Shown: positions 18,331 through 29,029, numbered from the stretch's first letter. The stretch: 64,000 nucleotides of DNA from Candidatus Altimarinota bacterium (GCA_039809385.1 JBDHUY010000001.1:1-64000), one strand, 5' to 3'. Notes: generated by a model not told the origin, from the sequence alone. Numbers and translations: made by a program.

Positions 18331-19659
18331 ATGCTCAAAACCGCCACCAGCATCGTCAAAAAATTAACCGGCTCGGGGTTTCGCGCCTGCTTTGCCGGCG
18401 GCTGCGTGCGTGACATGCTGCTCGGTATCGAACCGAAAGATTATGATATCGCCACGAATGCCAAACCCGAACAGATCGAAGCACTGTTTGCCAAAACGGT
18501 ACCGGTCGGAAAACAGTTTGGCGTGATTTTGGTTATTGAAGAAGGACATCACTTTGAAATAGCCACCTTCCGCTCCGACAGCGGGTATAGCGACGGCAGA
18601 CGCCCCGACGCCGTGCTCTTTACCGATCCGCGTGAAGATGCCAAACGCCGCGATTTCACGATCAACGGCATGTTCTACGATCCGATTGAAAAGAAAGTGC
18701 TGGATTATGTCAACGGACAGCGGGACCTGCACGAACGGCTCATCAATTTCATCGGAAACCCCAAAAAACGCATCCACGAAGACCGTCTCAGAATCATCCG
18801 AGCCGTACGGTTTGCCCACCAGATCAAAGGACAGTATCATCCCGCCACCTACAAAGCGTTAAAACATTTTGCCTCATTAATCCAGACCGTATCAAAAGAA
18901 CGGGTACGTGACGAACTTAACAAGATCCTGCTATTACCCAACCGAGCCAAAGCGCTGGAAGATCTGGCAGATCTGGGTATCCTCGACCATATTATTCCCG
19001 AACTGGTGGAAATGAAAGGCATTGCACAGCCGCTTCTCTACCATCAGGAAGGCAGCGTATGGAAGCATATGCTCCGCTCGGTCCATTCGCTGAAACAAAC
19101 CAAAAACCTGACACTGATTTGGGCCGCATTGCTCCACGACATCGGCAAAAGCAAAACGTTTCAGATCGATCAACGGATCCGCTTCAATGAACACGACCAA
19201 AAAGGCCGCCATATCGCCCACACCATCTTGGCACGTTTAAAATTTCCGAGAAAGTTCATCGAGCAAGTATGCTGGCTGATCGCCCACCACATGATGATCG
19301 GCAACCTCGTGCGGATGAGTAAGGCCAAACAAGCCAAATGGGTCACCCATCCCTCCTTTAGAACGCTCCTCATGGTGCACAAAGCCGATGCTTCGGGAGC
19401 GATCCCCGTAGATCTAACACTCTACCATCGCGTCAAAAAATTAGCTACAACCGTTAAACAGCGGCTGCCTAAGAAAATCCCGCGCTTAATTTCGGGCGAC
19501 GACATCATGAAAATAACCGGACTGGGCCCCGGCCCCTCAATAGGAATCATGTTGGAAAAAATACGCGAAAACCAGCTAGCCGGCAAAATCGCTACAAAAG
19601 AAGAGGCCCTGGATTTTCTTCGAAAGCTTCAAAGAGTTACCTACGTCAAACGCAAATAG
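18331..19659 (+). CDS. cca: Class II CCA tRNA nucleotidyltransferase with HD domain
   Basis: AGGCVRD.LLG..PKDYDIAT, RRDFTIN, EDRLRI.RA.RF, LLHDIGK. Confidence 0.9.
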   Translation: MLKTATSIVKKLTGSGFRACFAGGCVRDMLLGIEPKDYDIATNAKPEQIEALFAKTVPVGKQFGVILVIEEGHHFEIATFRSDSGYSDGRRPDAVLFTDPREDAKRRDFTINGMFYDPIEKKVLDYVNGQRDLHERLINFIGNPKKRIHEDRLRIIRAVRFAHQIKGQYHPATYKALKHFASLIQTVSKERVRDELNKILLLPNRAKALEDLADLGILDHIIPELVEMKGIAQPLLYHQEGSVWKHMLRSVHSLKQTKNLTLIWAALLHDIGKSKTFQIDQRIRFNEHDQKGRHIAHTILARLKFPRKFIEQVCWLIAHHMMIGNLVRMSKAKQAKWVTHPSFRTLLMVHKADASGAIPVDLTLYHRVKKLATTVKQRLPKKIPRLISGDDIMKITGLGPGPSIGIMLEKIRENQLAGKIATKEEALDFLRKLQRVTYVKRK

Positions 19660-19907
19660 CTATGACTTCCCATATCTTCCAAAACAATTACCCTTTCAGG
19701 CTCGTATTTTCGATAGATAATGAGCAAATCAGGTCGAATATGGCTTTCTAAAAAGCCCTTTCGATTGCCTGCCAAAGAATGTTCTTTATAATCGCCACCG
19801 AGTGTTCCAGTAGTTTTTGTAGCAGCTACTTCGTTGCGAACTTTTTTATCGTGTTTATAGCGTTTATATGATTTCCTGAAACGTGCCGAGACAATCAACT
19901 GATACAT
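19641..19907 (-). CDS. YafQ/RelE-family mRNA interferase toxin (possibly with an internal deletion)
   Basis: F.KSYK, YKEHSL.G, ESHIRPDLLIIY, GSHS motifs. Confidence 0.8.
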   Translation of the reverse strand: MYQLIVSARFRKSYKRYKHDKKVRNEVAATKTTGTLGGDYKEHSLAGNRKGFLESHIRPDLLIIYRKYEPERVIVLEDMGSHSYLRLT

Positions 19908-19916
19908 AGGCTAACA

Positions 19917-20193
19917 TTAGTCGTCGACTTCCAAATCTCTCATAAACTCTTCTACATTGGTATATCTCTTCCCGTATTTCAACGCTTCATCGGTTTCACG
20001 AACCATCTGTTCCATAGTGAGAGGCCGATCATTCGCGTCATCGGGGGAGGATAGATGAACCTGCTCGGTTTTAGCGATTTGTTCCAGATACGCATTCATA
20101 ACTTACTTAACGAGGGAGCTCCTTTTTTTTCAAAATCGTTTGAACCTGTTTTTTAAGGCGTGCATCGGTTTTAAAGGTAATTGTAGTAGTCAT
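19917..20193 (-). pseudogene. Frameshifted RelB/DinJ-family antitoxin
   Basis: MTTTITFKTDARLKKQVQTILKK (RHH start) stops shortly after an A8 run; the C-terminal part MNAYL...KRYTNVEEFMRDLE lies in another frame. Confidence 0.75.
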
Positions 20194-20448
20194 ATCTGGG
20201 GAAAAATGAATCTAAGCAATAGTAAGTATAATACGATACTCATCTGAATCAAAACATTTTACGGTGGAGATGGGCATATGAAAAAGAACGGCGAATAAGG
20301 TGAATTATTTATAGGATGTATATTGACACACTATCCTGGATCGTATGGAAGGACAGACATCGCGATATATGATCACTATATTCGTACGTTCCCCATTGAA
20401 TGTTCGATATTTTTAGGTAGTATTTACCTATTCGCTGATAAAAAATAC

Positions 20449-21168
20449 ATGCTCTTCATTGTCTCCACCCCTATCGGAAATCTGGAAGATATAACTTTTC
20501 GAGCGGTACGAACTCTCAAAGAAGCCGACCTGATCGTCTGCGAGGACACCCGCCAGACCGGCAAACTGCTCCAGAAATACGAAATCAAAAAGCCGCTCCT
20601 GTCGTTTCACAGCCATTCCAAGATCAGCCGGGTCGAAGAAATAGTTCACAAACTGCAGGAAGGTCAAAAAGTAGCCCTGGTCACCGATGCAGGCACCCCC
20701 GGGATCTCTGATCCAGGTTTTATTTTGGTACAGGCGGCGATTCGAGGCGGCATTCAGGTTGTTCCGATTCCCGGCCCGAGCGCATTTTTAACTGCCCTCT
20801 CGGCCAGCGGGTTGCCCATCCACGAATTTGTGTATTTAGGCTTTTTACCGCACAAAAAGGGGCGTGAAACCCTGCTAAAAACAATTGCCGCAGAAGAAAA
20901 AACAGTGGTTTTTTACGAATCGCCTTACCGGATCATGAAAACACTCGAAAAACTGGCTGAACTTTGTCCGCAGAAAGAGATAGTCATCGGGCGCGAACTG
21001 ACCAAATTGTACGAAGAATTTATTCGCGGGCAAGCCCGGGAAATATACGAATCGTTTAAGAGAAGATCTATTCAGGGAGAATTCGTGGTGATGGTCGGTG
21101 CCGGGTCAGAGCATTTTCGGGAAGATATATCTCCAGAGGTTTTCGATACCGGAAATTTCGACAGATAA
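20449..21168 (+). CDS. rsmI: 16S rRNA C1402 2'-O-methyltransferase
   Basis: LFIVSTPIGNLEDIT.RA, CEDTR, DAGTPGISDPG, YESPYR, RELTK. Confidence 0.96.
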   Translation: MLFIVSTPIGNLEDITFRAVRTLKEADLIVCEDTRQTGKLLQKYEIKKPLLSFHSHSKISRVEEIVHKLQEGQKVALVTDAGTPGISDPGFILVQAAIRGGIQVVPIPGPSAFLTALSASGLPIHEFVYLGFLPHKKGRETLLKTIAAEEKTVVFYESPYRIMKTLEKLAELCPQKEIVIGRELTKLYEEFIRGQAREIYESFKRRSIQGEFVVMVGAGSEHFREDISPEVFDTGNFDR

Positions 21169-21755
21169 CCAAACAATATGGCATGTAACCGGTCGATCTT
21201 CTTTGCATACTAAATGAACCTCTCCGACTGGCGGCTAGTTATCCGTTTTATTGGGGAGTTTTTTACTTGTGGCTCATAGCTCCAAGTATATTTTACAGCA
21301 TAAGGCTTCGACCAGGCGACAATTTCCGAGAAATTCATGCATCGATCGGATCGGAGTATCCAACGCTGCCATAATCATCCGGAAATAGGCTTAACCGGAT
21401 AGGACAGATCTTCACTCGCTCAAAAAAGAAGGATATATATGATAGAAAAATCCATTGGTACGATGATAGAGAGCCAAAATCACAACAGAATACAAAATAT
21501 CGAAGTTCGAAAAAACGGTGACAGGCATGTACGATGCATGGTTTCTACATTTGATATTGGATAATTGAGTTCATTTTGGCATTTGGATTTTGAGCTTTGA
21601 GATTAACGAATACACGTATATTACGTTGAAGTAGAAACAGAATACTATCCGGAAAAATTCCTGCTCAGGATAGATTTACAAAAAATCTCTTTACTGACAA
21701 CGTTCTTTTGTTGTACATTACCATACTTCTTAATACTCCTAACTCAGGACTCCCC

Positions 21756-23813
21756 ATGAGACTAGAAACGATCAATCACCCCAAGAGGCCGAAACACCAG
21801 ACAGTGCCTCAAGCCATAACAGACCTGAAAACATACATACTAGCGCTTGTAATGATACTGACAGTCTTCCCATTAGATCCGGCAATAGCGGCGGCCAGTC
21901 AGTCGACAGGACAAAAAGCACGACAGCATAAAAAAACTGACCCGCCACCACCGCTGTCAATTGAAAAAAAAACGTATGGGGCTAATGATTATCAAATAAT
22001 GATATCCAACATTATTAACGACGGAAATTCGGACCCTATTCAAAAGAAAGCCCGAATCAGTTTCGAACTGGAATATATCTGGAAGAACCACAGGAACGCA
22101 TATCTTTCGTGCGTTGAGATCGTCAGCGATTTTCTCAAAGACGACGGGAAAAGCATGAAACCCCATATTGAAACGATCGCAGAAGAAAGGCCCTTTGATA
22201 TTCTGGAGAATTACCACTACCTACGATCACTGCCGTGGTCAAAAAAAATATATGAAAACGCTATTAACACAGTTTGGACCAAGACCCCGGACAGAATATT
22301 TTCCCGGATGGATGGGGAGGCTTGGAAAATGATCATCCAAGTGTTCCCGGGAAAGTATGACGAAGCTATGCGAACATATTTCGGCAGACTCATGCAAGAA
22401 GATATGAATTGGTCGACAGCACAGACAATGCTGGACGTTGCTCCGTTGATCGTACAATTGTTTGGGAAAGAACAAGCCAGCGGAATGCTTCTGGCAGCCG
22501 CAGAAAATTTTCCACTCAGGGCCTTTGATGAACTTCCTTCAACGATCAACCGTCCTATGTGCATTTTTATTTTAGGAAAAATCGCAGATAAAGTTCCTGC
22601 AAAAGCAGTAACATCGTTATTCGGGACGCCGGGACTTAACAGCCGTCCGGATATGGAAATCCTTCGTATTCTCGAGCGGATCATACAGAAATGCGCAGAG
22701 GAACAACCGGAGATTTTTCTGCAGCACTACCACGGCATTCGTAAAATATTCCACGAACAATTTCAACAGCTGTTTCTTAAAACAGTCACTACGAGCGATC
22801 CTGGCAAGGTGGTAACCAATATCGCCCAAACCGGACAGTTAGTAGAAGACGCCGACGTGCTAAACAAAACGCCTAACGGTCGGGAGCTCCTTAAAAGGAT
22901 TGCCACGGTAAACCCGCATGCCACCTTGTTAAAACTGGATGAGCGACCGGATCTGTATTTTGATATTCTAAAGCTGGCTGCCGAAAAAGAACCAGGCCAG
23001 GCTCTGACAGCGTTATCCCCCCGGCAAACTGCGTACGATTCGCTTACCGCTGGTGCCAAAGAACAAATACGCCGACTGTGGCAAGAGACACTGGAGAGAT
23101 GCATAAAAGACGAACCGGGTACAATCATCAACGTATGGACAACGGTCATCAGGCCTAATCTTACACAGGATGCCGCGCTACAAATTGGACGTACTGCGAT
23201 AGACAATATGCTGAAAGCCGATATTTTCTATTTTTTGAGACCGGGAATTTCCAATGAAATTACCAACATTTTAGGAGAAGAGGGAGTCCGCGATATATTT
23301 GAACAGAGTCTCCCGAAGATAATACGGAACGATCCGTACAGACTGATCGACAGTCATACCAGAGTTAAAGAGATCCTGCGAGATGAGCATGCGGTTAATC
23401 AGGTCATAACGCAGGCTGTGAATGCTTTACTGGAACGAGATCCGGGAAAAATGTTGGAGAAGTTTAGCAATATCTGTGCGATCCTCAAGAAAACTCCCGC
23501 ACCGGAAGACGCCTGTAAAGAGTTGCTGGGTACAATCCTGCATCAGGCGAGACATAAAGACAAAATCAGTATCCTGCGCCACGTCAATCTGTTATATTTT
23601 CTATTTGGAAACGATGAGCAGGCATACACAAAAAAGCTCCTGCCCTACGTCACAGAGATTCTGGAAGAAGAACCTGACATAATACTGACCAATAATCCGG
23701 TTGAACAGCAGACCATGAAACGAATACTGAACGATGTGTATATAAAAACCAAGAATCAGAAACTGAAAACAAATCTGGGCAAGATATTGGGAAAAACCGA
23801 TACGTCATTCTAG
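21756..23813 (+). CDS. Secreted/anchored hypothetical protein, probable alpha-solenoid
   Basis: N-terminal hydrophobic segment ending AIAA; recurring helical units punctuated by xxP. Confidence 0.7.
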   Translation: MRLETINHPKRPKHQTVPQAITDLKTYILALVMILTVFPLDPAIAAASQSTGQKARQHKKTDPPPPLSIEKKTYGANDYQIMISNIINDGNSDPIQKKARISFELEYIWKNHRNAYLSCVEIVSDFLKDDGKSMKPHIETIAEERPFDILENYHYLRSLPWSKKIYENAINTVWTKTPDRIFSRMDGEAWKMIIQVFPGKYDEAMRTYFGRLMQEDMNWSTAQTMLDVAPLIVQLFGKEQASGMLLAAAENFPLRAFDELPSTINRPMCIFILGKIADKVPAKAVTSLFGTPGLNSRPDMEILRILERIIQKCAEEQPEIFLQHYHGIRKIFHEQFQQLFLKTVTTSDPGKVVTNIAQTGQLVEDADVLNKTPNGRELLKRIATVNPHATLLKLDERPDLYFDILKLAAEKEPGQALTALSPRQTAYDSLTAGAKEQIRRLWQETLERCIKDEPGTIINVWTTVIRPNLTQDAALQIGRTAIDNMLKADIFYFLRPGISNEITNILGEEGVRDIFEQSLPKIIRNDPYRLIDSHTRVKEILRDEHAVNQVITQAVNALLERDPGKMLEKFSNICAILKKTPAPEDACKELLGTILHQARHKDKISILRHVNLLYFLFGNDEQAYTKKLLPYVTEILEEEPDIILTNNPVEQQTMKRILNDVYIKTKNQKLKTNLGKILGKTDTSF

Positions 23814-24095
23814 CCGCTGTTTCCGTTTCGGATACCGACAGACACGGGTATCTCGGTTCTGATGAAAATCAGGATCTAGTTCATCCCATCCATCGGGTGA
23901 GGATACTGAAATCTCGCTCTTTTCTGGGGCATTGTTCGATATAATCCACGGCAAAGACAGTACCGATGCATCCGGTTCAAGAATATATGCTTGAATGGTT
24001 CGCTTATCTCTAAAAGAGCGGACAAGCGATGTTACTTCTTCGGTGAATTGAGGAATGAATACAGCAGGCAACTCATGGAGAGCTACTACAGCCAT
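23805..24095 (-). CDS. Hypothetical small protein or fragment
   Basis: 96-aa ORF overlapping both neighbours; no motif. Confidence 0.25.
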   Translation of the reverse strand: MAVVALHELPAVFIPQFTEEVTSLVRSFRDKRTIQAYILEPDASVLSLPWIISNNAPEKSEISVSSPDGWDELDPDFHQNRDTRVCRYPKRKQRLE

Positions 24096-24496
24096 AGAGA
24101 GAATTTTCCAGTCAATTCATCCAGATTTTCCTTGTCGCCCAGCAGGCAAATACCATAATATTCCAGTTCCAACTCGGGAGTGGCTTTGGACCGTTCCACC
24201 TGTTGTTCCCACCCTCCGATAGTCATGGCATTGGTAAACGATGCAAAAGGGATATTTTTTTCAATGCAGGCGTTTCTCAACGTTCGGATCTTATTCGAAT
24301 TGTCGGCTCGTAGAATAATATACGGAAATTTCGATGCCATGTGAACTCCTCCGTCTTTATCGGCATAGTTGATCACTCCCATATCTTGTTCACGATAAGA
24401 ATCGACCAAGCCAACCGTCATATGAGCCAGCGCATTCATGATTTTACCTGTCTCAATTTTTTTATTGAGAACTGCGACAAATTTCTTTTGTGTCAT
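24086..24496 (-). CDS. DUF2000-family (PTH2-like fold) protein
   Basis: KFVAVLNKK...MNALAH, Y.D.DG..H, P.IIL.A, YYGI.L.G....L..LT.KFSLW. Confidence 0.85.
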   Translation of the reverse strand: MTQKKFVAVLNKKIETGKIMNALAHMTVGLVDSYREQDMGVINYADKDGGVHMASKFPYIILRADNSNKIRTLRNACIEKNIPFASFTNAMTIGGWEQQVERSKATPELELEYYGICLLGDKENLDELTGKFSLWL

Positions 24497-24817
24497 ATTG
24501 TTTCTTTATATAAAGGTGATAGATAACGCTAGTGTATTATATCAAGTTCGATTTTAGTGACAAATTGTTTTGGCATTTTTTTTGATTTGCGTAACTAACG
24601 GCAAGGTCACCTTCCCTCGGGGATGTCTCTTTGTTGGAACAGGCTTTAAACCTGCTTCCGGACGTTTCTCGTAACTTCTGGGGTAGAAAATATATGCAAA
24701 AAGTTACTAGTGTCACTACCGGTACGTTCATAGCTCTACGATGATGTGCTATATAAAAAAAGCAATCGGAGCAATTGGTCCCAGCCAACAATGACAATGG
24801 AGCGTCTGCTAAAGGCT

Positions 24818-25840
24818 TCAGAGTTCTTCGTTCACCTTTATAACCACTTTCCCTCTGGCATGTCCCTCCTCCACATACCGGATCGCCTCAGGCACCTCAC
24901 TCAATTTGTAGGTTCGATCGATTACCGGCCGTATTTTCCCCTCTTCCAACAGGCCTTTCAGAAAAACCAGATCCTGCCGGTTCGGCTTTGATAGAATATT
25001 TCCTAATTGTTTCCCACCTTTTTTGGAAAGCATGGGCCCCAGGAGCATAGCCTGAAACATCTGGGCCGGTTCTCCCCCGGTCATGACATACGTTCCTTGC
25101 GGACGCAACGCGCGTTTGTAATCAAAAATGGAATGGTATCCATTCGTCCCTAGAATCAAGTCATACTGTTCCTTATTTTTCGTAAAATCCTCTTTGGTAT
25201 AATCGATCACCTGATCCGCTCCCAGCGTGCGCACCATGTCGACATTGCGCGTACTGCACACCGCCGTCACTTCCGCGCCCAACGCTTTGGCAATCTGTAC
25301 CGCAAAGGTGCCCACTCCGCCCGAGGCGCCGTTGATCAGGACTTTGTGCCCCTGTTGAATAGTTGTTTTATCGCGCAATCCCTTGAGTGCGGTTACAGCG
25401 GCCATCGGAACGGCGGCAGCTTCTTCGAACGATAAATTCGCAGGCTTGAGCACCAAGGCAGTTTCGGGAACAACGGCATATTCGGCAAACCCGCCGAAGC
25501 CACACAACGACAGATCTCCGAATACGTCATCCCCCGGCTTAAACTGGGTTATTTTTTTCCCCGTAGCAAGAACTTTTCCGGCAATATCCGCACCCAGAAT
25601 GGTATGTTTCGGTTTGAAAAAACCAAATCCCATCAAACGCATCAACGCCGGTTTGCCACGCAAAAGATGCCAGTCGGCCGCATTGACACCTACCGCGTGC
25701 ACCTGCACCAGGACTTGGTGCTCCTCTGTAATAACGGGCTTTTTGATCTCTTTGAGTTCGAGCACATCAGGAGAACCATATTGCAACGATACCATGGCTT
25801 TCATCTGGGTATGGCTATCAATAGGCGGAATAACGGTCAT
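24818..25840 (-). CDS. NAD(P)-dependent MDR-family oxidoreductase (quinone reductase-like)
   Basis: YGSPDVL, VN.ADW, G.D.AG, INGASGGVGTFAVQ, GHARGKVV. Confidence 0.93.
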   Translation of the reverse strand: MTVIPPIDSHTQMKAMVSLQYGSPDVLELKEIKKPVITEEHQVLVQVHAVGVNAADWHLLRGKPALMRLMGFGFFKPKHTILGADIAGKVLATGKKITQFKPGDDVFGDLSLCGFGGFAEYAVVPETALVLKPANLSFEEAAAVPMAAVTALKGLRDKTTIQQGHKVLINGASGGVGTFAVQIAKALGAEVTAVCSTRNVDMVRTLGADQVIDYTKEDFTKNKEQYDLILGTNGYHSIFDYKRALRPQGTYVMTGGEPAQMFQAMLLGPMLSKKGGKQLGNILSKPNRQDLVFLKGLLEEGKIRPVIDRTYKLSEVPEAIRYVEEGHARGKVVIKVNEEL

Positions 25841-26001
25841 AGGTTGGTGCTTTATCGGATAAAGGGAAAATAGTTACGTGGAAATATACTGTATAACCAG
25901 AAATATACCATATATCTCCCGAAACGTATGCACATTTTTGCGTTATATTTTTTACAATTACAGCCCCTGAACCTGTCCTTGAAACCGCCTGCCGGGAGCA
26001 A

Positions 26002-26030
26002 AAAAGAGGAAGCCTTTGGCTTCCTCTTTT
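26002..26030. terminator. Bidirectional intrinsic terminator after the DinB-family gene
   Basis: AAAAGAGGAAGCC-TTT-GGCTTCCTCTTTT. Confidence 0.88.
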
Positions 26031-26065
26031 AAACGATCCGTATCTTGCTTGTTATCATCCTTTTC

Positions 26066-26566
26066 TTAAAACGTCTCTCCCGGATTGGCATCTCGCGCGA
26101 GCCACAGATTGGCCGTGTTCAGCTCGGGACGACCCGCTACTTTCAAATACAAAAATACCTGCATGCGGTAGGCTACCAGCCCTTCAAGGATCAAATTAAG
26201 ATACCAACTGCTACGTTTCATCGTAACGCCGAAGACCTGAATCTCTTCGTTCAGTTTTTCGTCGCTGACCGAGCGCACATTGTCCACAACCTCTTTCTCC
26301 GCCGCTTCCAGATCAGCCAGAAAATTCGCTTCGCTGTAGACTTTGATATCCTCATCCATTTTCCCAAACAGACTCTGGTCGCCGGTACTAAGCACGCGAG
26401 CACACACGGCGGGACCGTGTACCAGAAAGCCGAGCACTTGGCGTAGGGTCCGCTGTTTCTCACTGGGTTTGTAGTCGTAGGATTCGGCAGGAATCTTGGA
26501 ATGCAGGTGCCGGATGATACGATACTCATGTTGTATTGCCTGGATCATCTCGTCGCGCGAAATCAT
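26066..26566 (-). CDS. DinB/YfiT-superfamily protein
   Basis: DYKP..KQRTL, YRMQ.FLYLK..G..ELNTANLW pattern. Confidence 0.75.
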   Translation of the reverse strand: MISRDEMIQAIQHEYRIIRHLHSKIPAESYDYKPSEKQRTLRQVLGFLVHGPAVCARVLSTGDQSLFGKMDEDIKVYSEANFLADLEAAEKEVVDNVRSVSDEKLNEEIQVFGVTMKRSSWYLNLILEGLVAYRMQVFLYLKVAGRPELNTANLWLARDANPGETF

Positions 26567-26754
26567 AGAAAAAAATTTAGAAAATAAATGACAACGCTTT
26601 TATTGTGCTCCCCGTTAAGCCGGTAAACAAGGTATTTTACCTTGTTTCTGGTGACCACTTCCTGCTGGCAGCAAGAAAAGAAACTATATATTTCAGGTTG
26701 GGACAAGAGGTGAAGGGTTCCTTAAAAAAATTATTCCCAACTGGCAAGGTTTGT

Positions 26755-26795
26755 TATAGTTTATAATTGACTATCAACTATAAACTATATATACT
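26755..26795 (+). promoter_or_regulatory. Sigma70 promoter TTGACT-17-TATACT overlapped by a 16-bp inverted-repeat operator
   Basis: TATAGTTTATAATTGA-CTA-TCAACTATAAACTATA (1 mismatch); -35 at 26767, -10 at 26790. Confidence 0.75.
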
Positions 26796-26900
26796 ATGAA
26801 AGAGATTTGAAACATCCATATCCTTGGATGTATTCGATTCATAGCAAGTATCGAGAGAAAAGGTATTATTTTACATCAGAGTCCTCCTTATTTTGGAAGC

Positions 26901-27884
26901 ATGAAAACCCAAACAGGCCACAATATACTCACATACATCCAAAAGCACCGACAGGTACGACCCAAAGAATTGCTGGAAGTGTTTTCGATTAGCAACCAGG
27001 CTCTGCACAAACAACTGACCAAACTGATGTCAAACGGACAGATTACCAAAGCCGGGACTTCCCCTGCTGTTTTTTATCTGCCTGTTTTTCCCCCGGCCGT
27101 TGAGACACGCGAAGTAAAGACGTTCGATCCGCAGACCGAAAACATCATCGAAGAGAATTTTATGTATATCTCGCCTGCGGGGCAGAAACAGAGCGGACTG
27201 AGCGGTTTTAGGCAGTGGTGTAGCGAACGCAACTTCGACATAGCACAGAAAAGTGCCGAGTACGTCCGGATTGTCGGACAGTACGAGAGTCTAAAAAAGA
27301 ACGGAGTAATCGATGCCAGCGAAAAGCTCAAACGCTCGTTTGCGGACGTATTTCTGGATAAACTTTTCTATATCGACTTTTACAGCGTAGAGGTCTTTGG
27401 AAAAACCAAACTGGGGCAGCTGATCCTGTTTGCCAAGCAGAGCCAAGACAAAAGCTTGATTCGGGAGATTCTGCCTGCGATAGAATCCCCCATCCGTACA
27501 TTGATACAAACGTATAAGATCGATGCCGTCGGCTTTATTCCGCCCACGATCAAACGCAGCGTCCAGTTCATGAAAGAGCTGGAGAAAAAACTCAATCTCC
27601 CGTTGCCTCCCATTCCCCTCGTCAAGGTAAAAGCCGCTGTCGTGGTTCCGCAAAAAACTCTTTCCAAGATCGCGGATCGGACCGAAAATGCGGCCAAGAC
27701 GATTATGGTCGACCAGAGTCGTCGGTATAAAAACATCCTGTTACTGGACGATGCGGTAGGATCGGGAGCCAGTCTGAACGAAACTGCCCGTAAAATACGG
27801 GAGAGAAATATTGCTTCCGGACAGATCATCGGGCTTGCCCTGGTGGGAAGTTTGAAGGGTTTTGAAGTGATTAGTGAAGTGTAA
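26901..27884 (+). CDS. wHTH plus ComF-like phosphoribosyltransferase-domain protein
   Basis: N-terminal HTH (ISNQALHKQL..L...GQI.K.G); PRPP-binding loop ILLLDDAVGSGASL. Confidence 0.85.
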   Translation: MKTQTGHNILTYIQKHRQVRPKELLEVFSISNQALHKQLTKLMSNGQITKAGTSPAVFYLPVFPPAVETREVKTFDPQTENIIEENFMYISPAGQKQSGLSGFRQWCSERNFDIAQKSAEYVRIVGQYESLKKNGVIDASEKLKRSFADVFLDKLFYIDFYSVEVFGKTKLGQLILFAKQSQDKSLIREILPAIESPIRTLIQTYKIDAVGFIPPTIKRSVQFMKELEKKLNLPLPPIPLVKVKAAVVVPQKTLSKIADRTENAAKTIMVDQSRRYKNILLLDDAVGSGASLNETARKIRERNIASGQIIGLALVGSLKGFEVISEV

Positions 27885-28503
27885 ATGTCTCCATAATAAG
27901 CACTTCCCCATCTCTGATCGCTTTGTATGGAATACCATGTTCGATACAATACGTAATCTCCTTTTCAATCAGAGCAGATTCGGGATGATTCGAATCCCAG
28001 TGCGGCATAAAAGCAAAATCCACGAATCCCAGCCCCTCCCAAATCACATCTGGCTGTTTTGGGTAGGGAGTATCGACCGGATCAACGATTGTATAAGCAT
28101 GTAAGTCGGGAGCCAGGACGCATCCGGCGGCGCTGTAGCCGGCATAGAGGAAATCAGCGTTTTTCCGGAAATCATGTAAGAGGTTATCAAGACCGCTCAG
28201 TCGCATCGCCTGTCGTAAAACAAAGACATTTCCGCCGCTGATAAAGATGGCACCGAGTTCGGCAAGTCTTTTCTCTAACGCATCGCGTTGCCCGAAATAG
28301 TCGCGCAGATCGATCATGCTAACCGCAAGACCGAGTGCACGGAGAGACTGCATGTCGTGTTCGTTCCGCTTAGTCCGTTTTTCCGGATCGGCTCCGGTGA
28401 AATCGCGCGCATTCGGGATATATCCGATTTTTCGCTGTGGCACGAACTCTTGTAATCGATCGGTCTGGTTTCCCAATTCATAGGAAGATAGGTAGAGTTT
28501 CAT
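27871..28503 (-). CDS. Peptidase E (S51)/class I glutamine amidotransferase-like protein
   Basis: MKLYLSSY, SGGNVFVL, YAGYSAA, PH motifs. Confidence 0.88.
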   Translation of the reverse strand: MKLYLSSYELGNQTDRLQEFVPQRKIGYIPNARDFTGADPEKRTKRNEHDMQSLRALGLAVSMIDLRDYFGQRDALEKRLAELGAIFISGGNVFVLRQAMRLSGLDNLLHDFRKNADFLYAGYSAAGCVLAPDLHAYTIVDPVDTPYPKQPDVIWEGLGFVDFAFMPHWDSNHPESALIEKEITYCIEHGIPYKAIRDGEVLIMETFTLH

Positions 28504-28526
28504 AGAGTAGAAAAAAAATCAGCAAA

Positions 28527-28925
28527 TTATTTAGATGGTTCTGCAGTAGATTCTTTTATAATTCTGGGGATCATCCATGGTGCAACTTTGCAAACTGATA
28601 TTGTTTTTTTCTGCTCCATTATTGCTTTACAAAGCCGATGGACACCATCTAAAATCTTCCATGAATCTCGAAAAAAATAGATATGGATCGGGTATTGCAT
28701 ATCGGCCCTTGTAATTTTTTCATAGTGACCAGATTGTTTTTCAGGATTACAAAGTAATTCCCGCAACGTAAGGTTCCAGTCATCGGTACCTTCTTTATCC
28801 AAATAGGCAATGTCAAGGTTTTGCTCCAGCTGCTCAATATCCATTTCTTCTGCAGCAATGTGTAAATTCCATATTTTTTCATCATCATATACAAATCCAA
28901 AATCTATCGCTGCGGGTCTGGGCAT
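28527..28925 (-). CDS. ParB/Srx-like N-terminal domain protein
   Basis: AD..YPI, ILDGVHRL.KA motif. Confidence 0.7.
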   Translation of the reverse strand: MPRPAAIDFGFVYDDEKIWNLHIAAEEMDIEQLEQNLDIAYLDKEGTDDWNLTLRELLCNPEKQSGHYEKITRADMQYPIHIYFFRDSWKILDGVHRLCKAIMEQKKTISVCKVAPWMIPRIIKESTAEPSK

Positions 28926-29029
28926 AGTTGTTACATAAATTAGTGGAAAAGACCATGTCATCCATTGTATCTTTGCTTTCGTTACCTTACCGCTCTATGG
29001 AGGAAAGATATCTGCATCTACGGCTCCCT

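Noticed and set aside
21170-21700. Possible ncRNA or decayed gene downstream of rsmI
   Set aside because: No recognisable RNA motif or assignable protein fragment
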